Virus record (IMG/VR): IMGVR_UViG_3300044712_002699
Location: 1 to 64,000 of that record
Length of the DNA: 64,000 nt
Strand: one strand, 5' to 3'
Source: a virus
The notes below the pieces were generated by a model that saw only the letters and a list, made by a program, of their open reading frames with translations, did not search any database and was not told the origin of the DNA. A program made the position numbers and the translations under genes. Positions 48,458 through 58,144 of the stretch are shown one piece after another (within the stretch, counting starts at the first letter, position 1; each line of letters starts with the position of its first letter).

Positions 48458-48467
48458 GAGAAAATTT

Positions 48468-49613
48468 TCAAGCCACTTTCAGATAATCCTTGTCGTGATA
48501 AAAACGAAGATGAATCTCCTCCATTGTTCTTCCAATCAAAACGCGGTCTGGATCGTTCCGCAGCTTAGATGCTTTCATCAACTGAGTCAACTCTTTATCC
48601 TCTTTTTCAGCAAACTCTACAAGTTCCGAATACGTCCACGTCCCGAAATAACGAATAGCCTTGAGTTCTTCAGCATCAGGTCGCTTAACCTGAACTTTAC
48701 CGGTAGTTAGAATCTCTCTCGCCATTCTCATCAACTGAACAAGGCGGGCGGCGTGTTTGGTGTCGTACCCAAACTTAGCTTCGAGTTCTTTTCTCTTTGC
48801 GTTCCTCTCTTTAAGCCACCTCCGGTAACCTTCCCACATCTTCACTGCCGCCCGATACGCCTTCTCTTTAGCGAGATACTCCATAAAATTCGTATCAAAA
48901 TTCATGACTCGAAAGGCGGCTCGCTCCAGAATTGATTTGAGTTCCTTTATCTCAAGATCAACACCAATCTGATTCAAGACGATATTGGTCATGTCAATAA
49001 TCTCAGGATAAAGCTTGATCTTCAAATCTTCAGGTAACTCGGTTTGATCGATAAGCCACTCCTCAACTATGAGTTCAAGAATCTTGTCCACCGCGTTGAG
49101 TTGGTCTTCAGGGAACTTATAGAGATGAAGTCCGTACTCCTCCCTGCTTGGCTCGTGGCTAGGCGGGTTTACAAGATATTGATAAGACGATTCAATACGT
49201 TTCAACTGCTGAACCGCGTAACCCGAAAACCGGTGCTTTAGAACCTTACTCAAGAAAGATTCTCTAATATCAACGAGTTGTTTCCAATATGGAGTGGACA
49301 AAATCCAATCCGACTCCTCTGTAAAGAGAAGTTCAATAACATTCGGGTTTCCGTGAGCAGCAAGTTCAACAAACCGTTGCAGAGAATACACCTCCACGTC
49401 ATCACTATCAACAGTGATAATTCCCTTATAGTACGTAGAGGTCTGCTTAGACTGCGCGTGTTGGAACCTATCGAGTCCAAAAATGTAGTTGAGTGGAGGG
49501 ATCGCTACTCCCCTTAGGTCCGTATCACTCGTTTCGATGTTAGTGCCGTACGACTCGGAGCCAGCCCTAGTCATGTAGATAGTATTTTTAGCAATCCAAT
49601 CCTTGATCTGCAT
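48468..49613 (-). CDS. Pol-beta-superfamily nucleotidyltransferase (YcgL/RlaP-like)
   Basis: GSESYGTN...SDTDLRG, GNPNVIELLF, GYDTKHAARL..L..M..EIL..G; likely start MQIKDW at 49613. Confidence 0.88.
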   Translation of the reverse strand: MQIKDWIAKNTIYMTRAGSESYGTNIETSDTDLRGVAIPPLNYIFGLDRFQHAQSKQTSTYYKGIITVDSDDVEVYSLQRFVELAAHGNPNVIELLFTEESDWILSTPYWKQLVDIRESFLSKVLKHRFSGYAVQQLKRIESSYQYLVNPPSHEPSREEYGLHLYKFPEDQLNAVDKILELIVEEWLIDQTELPEDLKIKLYPEIIDMTNIVLNQIGVDLEIKELKSILERAAFRVMNFDTNFMEYLAKEKAYRAAVKMWEGYRRWLKERNAKRKELEAKFGYDTKHAARLVQLMRMAREILTTGKVQVKRPDAEELKAIRYFGTWTYSELVEFAEKEDKELTQLMKASKLRNDPDRVLIGRTMEEIHLRFYHDKDYLKVA

Positions 49614-49617
49614 CGTC

Positions 49618-50088
49618 TCAATCCTTAAAAACAACTCCCTCTTTTCGGGGAGGTAACGGTACCACCGACCGCACATAGTCTTTTGCATCATCGAGGGAAA
49701 TCCCCTCATCTTCTTTCAGCACATCATATTCCCATCCAATGCCCTTCTCGTGTCTAAGTCTATACGTCAGGTCTAACTCAGTCAGAATCCCCACTGCTTC
49801 ATCGCTATTGGGATAGTAAAATTCTATCTCGATCCCCCCGTCTGTCAACGGATAGGCATCAGTCTTTAGGCCGAGGCTTACCCCAAATTCATGGAGCGCA
49901 ATCGCTGAGTCTACGACGTGTTGAGGCGACGGATCACCATCTCCAAAATCCCACCCCTTTGGGTGGTTCTTGAATTCTTCTATCTTCTCGAGAGTCGATA
50001 GGCTAAAGTAGGGGTCACTTGTTATAATCTTATGAGCCTCGTCCCAGGTGATATCTTCACCGACCCTCAAACATTTCCATTTTGTCAT
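49618..50088 (-). CDS. Hypothetical protein
   Basis: 156-aa ORF with SD GAGG; in operon. Confidence 0.7.
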   Translation of the reverse strand: MTKWKCLRVGEDITWDEAHKIITSDPYFSLSTLEKIEEFKNHPKGWDFGDGDPSPQHVVDSAIALHEFGVSLGLKTDAYPLTDGGIEIEFYYPNSDEAVGILTELDLTYRLRHEKGIGWEYDVLKEDEGISLDDAKDYVRSVVPLPPRKEGVVFKD

Positions 50089-50097
50089 AACAACCTC

Positions 50098-50301
50098 TCA
50101 GCCCTGAGGCCCCATCGCCCCCGGGGGACGCTTCCAACGGTACCGCTCACATTCGACATACCCCTTCTTTCCGTTGGTATATTCACAAGATGGCTCATAG
50201 TTTAAACAAGAATCGACCGATTCACACGGAGATTTAGCCACACCAATATCTACACGCTGAGAACGGTCTCTCTGTTTATGAATGTCCCTTAAACTTCCCA
50301 T
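50098..50301 (-). CDS. Small Cys-containing protein (MGSLRDI family)
   Basis: TAATG coupling to the upstream gene; ends PPGAMGPQG. Confidence 0.6.
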   Translation of the reverse strand: MGSLRDIHKQRDRSQRVDIGVAKSPCESVDSCLNYEPSCEYTNGKKGYVECERYRWKRPPGAMGPQG

Positions 50302-50960
50302 TATTCGCCAACGGCTCGCCTATCAATCTTTCCTCCCCAAGACGTCTCCAGAAAATCTAGAGAATCGGAAAGGGAACCGTAGGCGTAATCGAGAACTTTA
50401 TCAAGAATCCCATCTCGTGTCAAGTCAATTCCGAGCAGATCAAATTTTTCCAGAGTGCCAGAACTAATCCTAAAAGGATCGGGCTGTTCCTGAGCAGCCT
50501 CCTCTGCGCGCATCCCTGCTTGCAGATCATACTTTTTAGACAAAGCCCGTGCTATCTGAGGGTCACAGATAAATGAGAGAGATGACTTGTCAGGAGAGTA
50601 CGCCTCGACTGGGAAATAGTGTGGATAAGAACTATCCAGTCCCATCTCCCTCATCTGAGCGACGAATGATGTATGGACGTAACCGTACTTCGAGGCAGCG
50701 TTGCTGAACCGATAGAGTTTGGCACGATCTTTCCGGCTGATATCCCCAAATTTGAGTGTGACTCGGTAAGACTCCGGAGAACAGAATATCTTAGCAACCG
50801 TAGCCTCATCGCTGACGAGGCCGACCCTCTCAAGATTGTGAGCAAAAACCACAAGTTTGATAGAGTCTGTCTCTGTGTTTCCATAGACCGCGACACAGTC
50901 CAATTTCTGTTCGATGATTCTAGCGATTCCAGGATAAAGATCTACTAGCGTCTTAGCCAT
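50301..50960 (-). CDS. Hypothetical protein
   Basis: SD GGAGG before MAKTLVD at 50960 (TGATG overlap). Confidence 0.7.
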   Translation of the reverse strand: MAKTLVDLYPGIARIIEQKLDCVAVYGNTETDSIKLVVFAHNLERVGLVSDEATVAKIFCSPESYRVTLKFGDISRKDRAKLYRFSNAASKYGYVHTSFVAQMREMGLDSSYPHYFPVEAYSPDKSSLSFICDPQIARALSKKYDLQAGMRAEEAAQEQPDPFRISSGTLEKFDLLGIDLTRDGILDKVLDYAYGSLSDSLDFLETSWGGKIDRRAVGE

Positions 50961-51445
50961 CACTTCCTCCAAGGTATTAAGACTTGCCCCAACTTGAACG
51001 CGTTCTTCAGATACTCATACGCATCATTAAGAAGACCTTGTTTGGGAACAGGGCGGTTTCGATAGTTCCAACTAGGTTCGCACTCTTTTTTATTCTGAGG
51101 ACACTCAGGCCCGCACGTCCCTGTTCCGGGGTGACACTGCCAAGGCTGCGGTAGGTTCGGTTGGGATACTACATTGTGAGTATGATTTGCCCTCGCGGCT
51201 GACGGGGCTGAGCCCTGCCAACCAGGCCCAGACACTACAGGCCCACTACCTTTAGCGCCGCGAGGACCTGTTGGCGTAGCGGGAGGTCCCACGTAAGGCT
51301 TACCTGCAGGTCCGGTGGGGCCGAAGACGACATTGACTGGGCCTGTCATACCCCAAGGAGTATGGACTGCTTCTTCAGGCTCAGGGACATACTTAGGAAC
51401 GAACGAACTATGCGCTTCTCTACGAATATCTCTTAGACTGCCCAT
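50960..51445 (-). CDS. Pro/Gly-rich protein (MGSLRDI family) with collagen-like triplets
   Basis: GPTGPAG, GPRG, ARANHTH and a Cys cluster; first gene after a sigma70-type promoter. Confidence 0.65.
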   Translation of the reverse strand: MGSLRDIRREAHSSFVPKYVPEPEEAVHTPWGMTGPVNVVFGPTGPAGKPYVGPPATPTGPRGAKGSGPVVSGPGWQGSAPSAARANHTHNVVSQPNLPQPWQCHPGTGTCGPECPQNKKECEPSWNYRNRPVPKQGLLNDAYEYLKNAFKLGQVLIPWRK

Positions 51446-51483
51446 ACTATTCCTATGCTTGAATTATATAGATGTGTAGAGAT

Positions 51484-51512
51484 ACATTACACCACGAGAG
51501 GAAAAATGTCAA
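51484..51512 (-). promoter_or_regulatory. Sigma70-type promoter
   Basis: TTGACA-17 nt-TAATGT on the minus strand. Confidence 0.65.
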
Positions 51513-51524
51513 GCCTAACAGCGG

Positions 51525-54500
51525 TTAGTGCGCTCCCGCTTTCTGGAGGAGGGAAAGGAGACGCGGCGCGCCTATATTCTGAGCAAGTTCTAGGAGAGAA
51601 GCACCAGATTTCATTTTCGGGTTGGGGTTTGCTCCTTTATCAAGGAGATACTGAGCAACTTTGAACTTACCAAGACTCACAGCATACCAAAGAGGTGTTC
51701 TACCGTCATCGTCCGAGGCTTCTATATCAGATCCATTCGAGAGGAACAAATCTATTACTTGAAGGGCCTCGGGTTTCTTACTCTCTATTGCTCTCATAAG
51801 GGCTGTCTTACCAGTGGAAGTCCTCTCCTGAACATCTCCGCTTGCTCCGTGCTTGGCAAGGTACATAACAAGTTCGAGGTCTTTCCTGGCATCAAAAGCA
51901 GCAATAAGGAGAGGATCGCCATCCTTGGTGTACGCATAGTCTGCGCTTGCTCCGTATTGGAAAAGGAGATCGGCTAATTTGTAATCAGATACGGTAACCT
52001 GCCCTCTTCTATACTGCCACTGGCTTACAAGAAGAGCAGGAATAAGGGCAGTCTCTTTAGAATCGTTCTGATCGTTAGGATCTTCCCCTTCCTTCAAGAT
52101 ATACTTGATTGTGGCAAGAACCTTGTTCTTATCAATCTTTTCTCTCTCAGCATACCACTGATCTCGGTGAAACTGCCGGATAAGATGCATTAACAAGGTA
52201 TCACCATAATCGCCTATCCTGTTTTCAAGGTGCGCTCCGTTGTTTAACAATTCATCTGCGATATCGAGGTCACCCTGAAGAAGTGCATGAACAATCAGAG
52301 TATTCCCGTCGTCTAGTTCGATATCAGGATCAATACCATCATCCATAGCCTTCTTCACAGTCGTAAGATCGTGATTAATAACCGCATCCACAAGCATTAC
52401 TTCCTGAGGAAGGTTGAGGCGATGAGTCACTTCGTTATCAAACATCACGCTCTTAGCATTGAGAAGTTCCTTCTCATCGATTTCCTTGAAAACACCAGCG
52501 GTCTTCGCCTTCTTAAGAAAATCCAAGACATAGTGATGAAAATCATCGTCAACAAGACCATCGCCTCGACCGCGTATTGCAGTAATTTTCTTAGACTGCT
52601 GGTTGAGAAAAATTATAACCTGACCTCTGTCCTGTCTGTCTCTGAGACAATAGATAACAAGCTTCTTATTCGCAACATCCTCTTCATGTTTATTGAGTTG
52701 TTCATCCTCTTTCTCATCACTGCTGCTGTAATAGCTGCTATAAGATGAAGATTTTATTCTGACCTTCATCTCCTTGAGAGCAGATTTAATTTCCAATCCA
52801 CTGTTCAGGATTTCCCACTGAAACCCGTTGGGGTAGTCCTTGAGGGGGATGCGCCCGATTATCTCGGAAGAATGAATGTCCCTATCGACTCGAGTATCAC
52901 CTACCTTCATTGCATTGAGAGACTTCTCATATATACCAAAATCTTTTACGCCGAGTTTCTTAAGAAGAGCATAGAAATATCCTCTGTCTTGGGAGCGTAT
53001 CACATCCCCATATCCAGCTTCTTTTCCATCTTCGCCGATCCCGGCTATTCCATCTATTCTGTACTTGGAAACGTCACCGTAATCCGAGCCGTATGTGGAT
53101 AGACCTAACGCTCCGATAACCGATGATCCATCCTTGAGAGCATAGATAAAGTCTTTTCCCGAAGTAATATCTCTCAAATTACTCCCATTGGCTTTGAACT
53201 TATAATCATCCTTAAGGGTCTTACATATCTCGCTTAGTTGACTCACTGTATAAACAGGGTACCACGCAAGCCCACCTGAGAAAGTTAAGACCGGGTCCGG
53301 GTCTCCAACGATGTCTTCATAATTTTCATAGGAAAGATAGGAGCCTTTGAAGTAAATAGACCCAATCGCGTCGAGATAACTTCCATCGATTTGTGTGATG
53401 TGTTGGTTATTCAAAAACTCAATAACGTAAGGTTTGAAACTATCTTCAACGTCTCCGCCAAGCTCCAGACCTCGGAGATACTCTACCTTAGAGCCATTAA
53501 CTATTGCAATAACTCGAGAAGATTCTCCCGAGTCTCTCAAGCTGTAGAAATTGCCCTTACTTATCGAATTCGAAAGCGACCATGAATCTGTCTTGCCTTT
53601 ATAAGGAATTATTTCTAGGTCTATTTCGTCCTTGTTTTTAAGGTAAATCCACCTGATTCCGCTGGGCCAACTCATAACGTCCGGCACATCAAGAAGGCGA
53701 GCCCCCGCCTCTTCAGGAGTATGAAGTTCTCCATTGATCAGATAACCGCCAATATTTTCATATTCCTTGCTGCGATTATACTGGTCGGAATACGTGAGGT
53801 AACCTTCCTCTTCCTTAATACTTTTCAAAACATCATAACAATAAGACCAGTACTTCGTTTCTACCTTTCCCCCAGTATCTAAACCGCGGATAATGGTTAC
53901 TGTTCCACTATGATTTATGAGGATCACTGCGCGGGGGTTGCTTCCGGAGTCCTCAAGAACCATTAACTTCGATCCACCATTAATAAGGCTATATTCCAGA
54001 CGTAATAGGTCAACACCAAATGTCTGACGTACCTCTGAAATGTCTTCTTCGAGGAACAGATTAATCCACCTCAAACCATTACCGTATGATTTCCTAACCA
54101 AACTCTCCGCCGTAGTAATTTGCCTAAACTCATCCCGACTCATTACTCTGTCTTGATAGAGAACTGCCCCAACTGCGACAAGTAGTTCCGAATGTTCCTC
54201 AAGTCTGGATTGATAAAGTTCGTTCAATAAATCGTAACAGGGAGGCCAATATTGCTCTCTAACCATATTGCCAACATTAGACGTCACCGAGGTTTTAATA
54301 TCCTGACGAATATCTCTACCGTCACCGCCGATGTTGGTGGGATAAGTTTTATTTACTGCAATCAAGGCTCTAGTCTGGCCCGAAGAATCTTTCAAGAGGT
54401 AGGTTCTGGGTTTGTCAGGATCTCCGACTATCAGTTTACTTTCATACCGATCCATACCATATCCTGCTTCAGAAATACCTACGGCATCGAACCCTTCCTC

Positions 54501-55991
54501 AAGTTCTTCCTGAAGTACGGCGAGTGTCCACTCTAATCCCCCCGGATAGGTACGTTTTGGTTCTCTTTCCTTCATCAAATTTGAAAATTCTTCTCTCGTC
54601 AAAAGATTATTCTCGTAGTAAAGAACCCCAAGAGCCTGCAAAGTATCCGAATGGTATCCGATAGTGCCCTTCTTGCTGAGGTCGCTTAACAAATCGAAAC
54701 AGTATTTCCTCACCTCTTCCGAGAATGAAGTTTGATTGTTGTAGTACCCCCGAGTACCTAGCGTGGCCGATCCGTCACTCACAAAATCAAGTCTGTTTCC
54801 CGACACGCCAACTAGAACACGGGTCTTTTCAGAGGTGTCACGTAACACGTAGAGGCTATTGGAAGTTTTTCCACCAAGAAGGTCATCCTCGAGACGACTG
54901 TATGAATAAGGCACAGAAAGATTAATATCTGTAAAGGAAGCAGTCACATCATCCTGAACTATCACAGACCTCCACTGAAACCTATTGGGGTATTCGAGCA
55001 GAGGCTTTTGATTTCGAAGCTCGGCAAGATAATCATCTCGCTTCATAATCTCGCCATTGTAAAAGACTCCTCCTACATTACCAAGCTCCCGGACATTACT
55101 TATCCATCCCTCTTTCTTTCCTTGTCTAAGAAAACTAATTACATAGTCGTGATATCTTTCAACAACCGCTTGGTTTCCCTTACCCTTAATCTGGTTGACA
55201 TCTCTGCCCCGAACTTCTATCGTGACGTGAGGCTCATTCTTCTCGTCTCTGAGGCTATAAATGATACACTGCTTCGCCTCTACTTGAGACGCATAAGAAC
55301 CGACACAGTGACCCATCTGAGAGCCTTCTCGGTTTAGGGCATCTTCCGAAGTTACTTCAACCCACCGATAGCCATTCCCATAGACCTTTATTGTTGTAGT
55401 ACCTGGTTCGTCTACGGTTTCCGCAGCACCGCCAGCCTTCGATTGATTGATAAGCCAAGAAGTCCACTGCTCTGATTTCTTGATAGCTTCAGGAACAGAG
55501 ATTCGAGTCAAATCATTTACTTTGAGGTCACGTAAAATAGTATCTGGATGCTCCAGCATATAATTGAAGTAGTCCACAACATGAGTGACTTTCTCCGTAA
55601 AATCCTCTGATTCTACCCCGTTTACATCTACAATAAAGATTTCTTCTCCCCTCTGAAGTGCAGCATCCATCCAGGCTTGATAATCCCTCGAAGTAGGATC
55701 GGGTAACTTAGTCACTTGGTCGGCTTCGGGGTAGTCGTTGATGAGGAACTTTCTAAGATTGGATTGGAGCCACTTATTTATCTCGGGAAACTGAGCCTGT
55801 GCGGTGAACTGTTTGACATATTCATCTATCTCCCACACGTTCGCGACATTCCTCTCATTGAGAGGCATCACAACATTAAGGGCTTCCAATAAGCCAACAG
55901 CGCTAATTAAAGTTCCAGGCAGAACGGGTCTTCGAGCCACAACTCCTCCAACAGAGTCTAGCGTTTCAAAAATCTGCCTAGATTTTATCAT
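51525..55991 (-). CDS. 1488-aa protein: seven PcfJ-like repeats plus C-terminal ankyrin repeats
   Basis: LNREGSQMGHCVGSY...IYSLRD...PHVTIEV (PcfJ-like); repeated Y.NG..W...Y.LRD units; ankyrin motifs GNTLIVHA, GDTLLMHL, GKTALMRA, GRTPLWYAV. Confidence 0.85.
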   Translation of the reverse strand: MIKSRQIFETLDSVGGVVARRPVLPGTLISAVGLLEALNVVMPLNERNVANVWEIDEYVKQFTAQAQFPEINKWLQSNLRKFLINDYPEADQVTKLPDPTSRDYQAWMDAALQRGEEIFIVDVNGVESEDFTEKVTHVVDYFNYMLEHPDTILRDLKVNDLTRISVPEAIKKSEQWTSWLINQSKAGGAAETVDEPGTTTIKVYGNGYRWVEVTSEDALNREGSQMGHCVGSYASQVEAKQCIIYSLRDEKNEPHVTIEVRGRDVNQIKGKGNQAVVERYHDYVISFLRQGKKEGWISNVRELGNVGGVFYNGEIMKRDDYLAELRNQKPLLEYPNRFQWRSVIVQDDVTASFTDINLSVPYSYSRLEDDLLGGKTSNSLYVLRDTSEKTRVLVGVSGNRLDFVSDGSATLGTRGYYNNQTSFSEEVRKYCFDLLSDLSKKGTIGYHSDTLQALGVLYYENNLLTREEFSNLMKEREPKRTYPGGLEWTLAVLQEELEEGFDAVGISEAGYGMDRYESKLIVGDPDKPRTYLLKDSSGQTRALIAVNKTYPTNIGGDGRDIRQDIKTSVTSNVGNMVREQYWPPCYDLLNELYQSRLEEHSELLVAVGAVLYQDRVMSRDEFRQITTAESLVRKSYGNGLRWINLFLEEDISEVRQTFGVDLLRLEYSLINGGSKLMVLEDSGSNPRAVILINHSGTVTIIRGLDTGGKVETKYWSYCYDVLKSIKEEEGYLTYSDQYNRSKEYENIGGYLINGELHTPEEAGARLLDVPDVMSWPSGIRWIYLKNKDEIDLEIIPYKGKTDSWSLSNSISKGNFYSLRDSGESSRVIAIVNGSKVEYLRGLELGGDVEDSFKPYVIEFLNNQHITQIDGSYLDAIGSIYFKGSYLSYENYEDIVGDPDPVLTFSGGLAWYPVYTVSQLSEICKTLKDDYKFKANGSNLRDITSGKDFIYALKDGSSVIGALGLSTYGSDYGDVSKYRIDGIAGIGEDGKEAGYGDVIRSQDRGYFYALLKKLGVKDFGIYEKSLNAMKVGDTRVDRDIHSSEIIGRIPLKDYPNGFQWEILNSGLEIKSALKEMKVRIKSSSYSSYYSSSDEKEDEQLNKHEEDVANKKLVIYCLRDRQDRGQVIIFLNQQSKKITAIRGRGDGLVDDDFHHYVLDFLKKAKTAGVFKEIDEKELLNAKSVMFDNEVTHRLNLPQEVMLVDAVINHDLTTVKKAMDDGIDPDIELDDGNTLIVHALLQGDLDIADELLNNGAHLENRIGDYGDTLLMHLIRQFHRDQWYAEREKIDKNKVLATIKYILKEGEDPNDQNDSKETALIPALLVSQWQYRRGQVTVSDYKLADLLFQYGASADYAYTKDGDPLLIAAFDARKDLELVMYLAKHGASGDVQERTSTGKTALMRAIESKKPEALQVIDLFLSNGSDIEASDDDGRTPLWYAVSLGKFKVAQYLLDKGANPNPKMKSGASLLELAQNIGAPRLLSLLQKAGAH

Positions 55992-56010
55992 ATATTTCTC
56001 ACTTTGTCAA
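55982..56010 (-). promoter_or_regulatory. Sigma70-type promoter overlapping the annotated start of the 1488-aa gene
   Basis: TTGACA (56010-56005)-17 nt-TAAAAT (55987-55982) with TGn extended -10. Confidence 0.55.
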
Positions 56011-56072
56011 GTAAATTCTTGTGCAGGATGAATCAAAAGAAAAACAAAGAGGAGGATAAAAAAGTTGAAGAG

Positions 56073-56816
56073 TTAACGCGGCTTCTTTTGGAACGGTCTC
56101 TTCGGAGGGGGTTGACTCTTACCCGAGCGCGGTGATCGACCAGATGAAAAGGAGCCGCCCCTAGACATTCCCTGTTCTGGTCTCTTTTCACCTCGAAAAC
56201 TCAAACCTCGGTACATCTCTTCTGTGAGACACCTCAAAACGTTCTCCCTCCCATAGACTTGCTCGACTTGCCTTAGAAGAATCATCATCGGGATATCGTC
56301 TTGATTCCTCTCAATGAATGCCGCCGAATCGATTGAGGCATCAGGCTCGGAATAATCCCCTTCCGAAATAGAAGGAACTTTTTTATCTGATTCTTTTGCC
56401 AGTTTCCGCTCCCACAACCAGTTTTTAAGTTCAGTATCAGTCCTGCCTTTACAGGAACTCATAGCGACCGGTATATCCTCATTATCGAGCCACCCCAACT
56501 CAGCAAAAGAAGCAAGGATTTGAATCTTAGAGAACCCTATCTTAGATATATCCCTACTACTCAATCCTTGTTTTTTTATAAAATCTCCTACCTTTAGACA
56601 CGTCTCTGCCGTCTCGAATCCGCAGGAAAGGTTTCGCTCTACCATATCTCTAAGATCATTATAACCCAAGGTAGAAAGAGTCGGTTTGCCCGATCCGTTG
56701 TTAGATTGGCAGAGACGCGTAAGTATATCGGACATTACCGTCTTATACTTCGCGGCAAGCGAGTCAGCCTCCAAGAGATCCTTCAACAAGGTCTCTGTCT
56801 CATTATTGTTTGTCAT
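56073..56816 (-). CDS. Hypothetical protein
   Basis: 247-aa ORF; basic disordered C-terminus. Confidence 0.7.
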   Translation of the reverse strand: MTNNNETETLLKDLLEADSLAAKYKTVMSDILTRLCQSNNGSGKPTLSTLGYNDLRDMVERNLSCGFETAETCLKVGDFIKKQGLSSRDISKIGFSKIQILASFAELGWLDNEDIPVAMSSCKGRTDTELKNWLWERKLAKESDKKVPSISEGDYSEPDASIDSAAFIERNQDDIPMMILLRQVEQVYGRENVLRCLTEEMYRGLSFRGEKRPEQGMSRGGSFSSGRSPRSGKSQPPPKRPFQKKPR

Positions 56817-56851
56817 CTGATTCCAGTGGTTAGATATGAGGGTGCAGTCTA

Positions 56852-57184
56852 TCAGTGTCTATGCTTAATCCCAAAATCAATTTCGAGTTGTTTCAAATCA
56901 ATAGCCCAATGTTTCACGCTGTGGTGGAGATTGTCTACAGAAATACGGGTGAGCATCTCATCCCATGTCTCTTCTTCAATAGTATCTTTTGCTTCTTTTA
57001 AACCAGCGCCGGAGACTTGCCGGAGCAATTTTATAGCGAGTATTTTCCTGTTTTTACGTTTATACAACGTTTCTAAGAGCAGACTAATTCGATCCCTGAT
57101 GCTGTTCCACTCTTCGATCTCGGCCTGAAGCCTCACCTGCTCCTCTTGATATGCTTTAGTAGCCAAAGTTCGTAGCGAACCCAA
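56852..57184 (-). CDS. Protein with a ribosomal L7/L12 C-terminal-like domain
   Basis: KILAIKLLRQVSGAGLKEAKDTIE resembles bL12 KI.VIK.VR..TGLGLKEAK..VE; TTG start with SD GGAG. Confidence 0.75.
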   Translation of the reverse strand: MGSLRTLATKAYQEEQVRLQAEIEEWNSIRDRISLLLETLYKRKNRKILAIKLLRQVSGAGLKEAKDTIEEETWDEMLTRISVDNLHHSVKHWAIDLKQLEIDFGIKHRH

Positions 57185-57198
57185 AAACTCTCTCCGTT

Positions 57199-57555
57199 CT
57201 ACTTAGACGCGTGAAACTCAATGAGAGGAAAAACCTTAACAGGAATTTCAGCCTCGATACCTTTTCCTCGACCCATAATAATATCAGACTCTGATGCGTA
57301 AGTAAACGTATAATCCGGCCACTTGTCAAATTTTTTCTTTCCAAAGGGCATAGGAGGAGGGCCAACATTCGTTCCGGGTGGAAGAAAAATCTCTTCATTA
57401 TCGACACAGAAATGGACTCCTTCTTCTATACCCAGAGCAGTCAAAAACTGTATCAAATCCTCTTTTATCACGCGGGTATCGGGAATGGTTGGATCCATGT
57501 CATCTCCAGATGCTTCATATAGTAAAATTTCGATTTGTTCGCTGATACTAAACAC
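57199..57555 (-). CDS. Hypothetical protein
   Basis: 118-aa ORF in a tightly packed operon. Confidence 0.6.
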   Translation of the reverse strand: MFSISEQIEILLYEASGDDMDPTIPDTRVIKEDLIQFLTALGIEEGVHFCVDNEEIFLPPGTNVGPPPMPFGKKKFDKWPDYTFTYASESDIIMGRGKGIEAEIPVKVFPLIEFHASK

Positions 57556-57568
57556 GTCGTGGGATCTC

Positions 57569-58144
57569 TTAGTTTGAGGAAAATGTCTTTATATGATGAA
57601 GTCTACGCGCAGCAGCGAGCCCCATTTTCTGTTGCTCTCCCAATCGCCTGTTTCTTTTCTGATGAGTCACGACACTGATTTTTCTATTGCCCTTCATAGT
57701 AAAGGCTTCATCAAGCAACGATTTGGTTAAACCGCATGTCCCGCTCTCTTTCACTTCTTGGTAGTCAACCTTTCCAGCACTCATTAAGTTGGTAAGAACC
57801 GCCTTCCTTAACCACCGACCGTCTCCAAATACGACTCTATCTCTATTAATCGGCATAACACCTTCCAGATCGATCCAACCCATTTCATCGTCTGTAAGGG
57901 GGTTAAGGATAGAACACCCAGGAACTTCGTCCTGATAGGTTAATATTGCGTCAATACTATCACCTTCTTGGTCAGTTAGATTAATAAAAACGTCACCCGT
58001 AGTCTCATCACAATAAGCATAAGAATCACTAACCACAAGATTATACCTAGAGAGGAGACGCGTTAGAACATCGGAACAGTCTGTCAAGTCGTAGTTAAGA
58101 CTACAAACGCGAGCCATAGGATTGCCAAGTGCTCCAAAAGACAT
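57569..58144 (-). CDS. Hypothetical protein (basic C-terminus)
   Basis: 191-aa ORF; TGATG coupling. Confidence 0.7.
   Translation of the reverse strand: MSFGALGNPMARVCSLNYDLTDCSDVLTRLLSRYNLVVSDSYAYCDETTGDVFINLTDQEGDSIDAILTYQDEVPGCSILNPLTDDEMGWIDLEGVMPINRDRVVFGDGRWLRKAVLTNLMSAGKVDYQEVKESGTCGLTKSLLDEAFTMKGNRKISVVTHQKRNRRLGEQQKMGLAAARRLHHIKTFSSN

Noticed and set aside
21019-55991. Eukaryotic or giant-virus origin suggested by Kelch, ankyrin and discoidin domains
   Set aside because: Shine-Dalgarno sites, sigma70-type promoters, overlapping stop/start codons and a gp20/21/23-like head indicate a bacteriophage.
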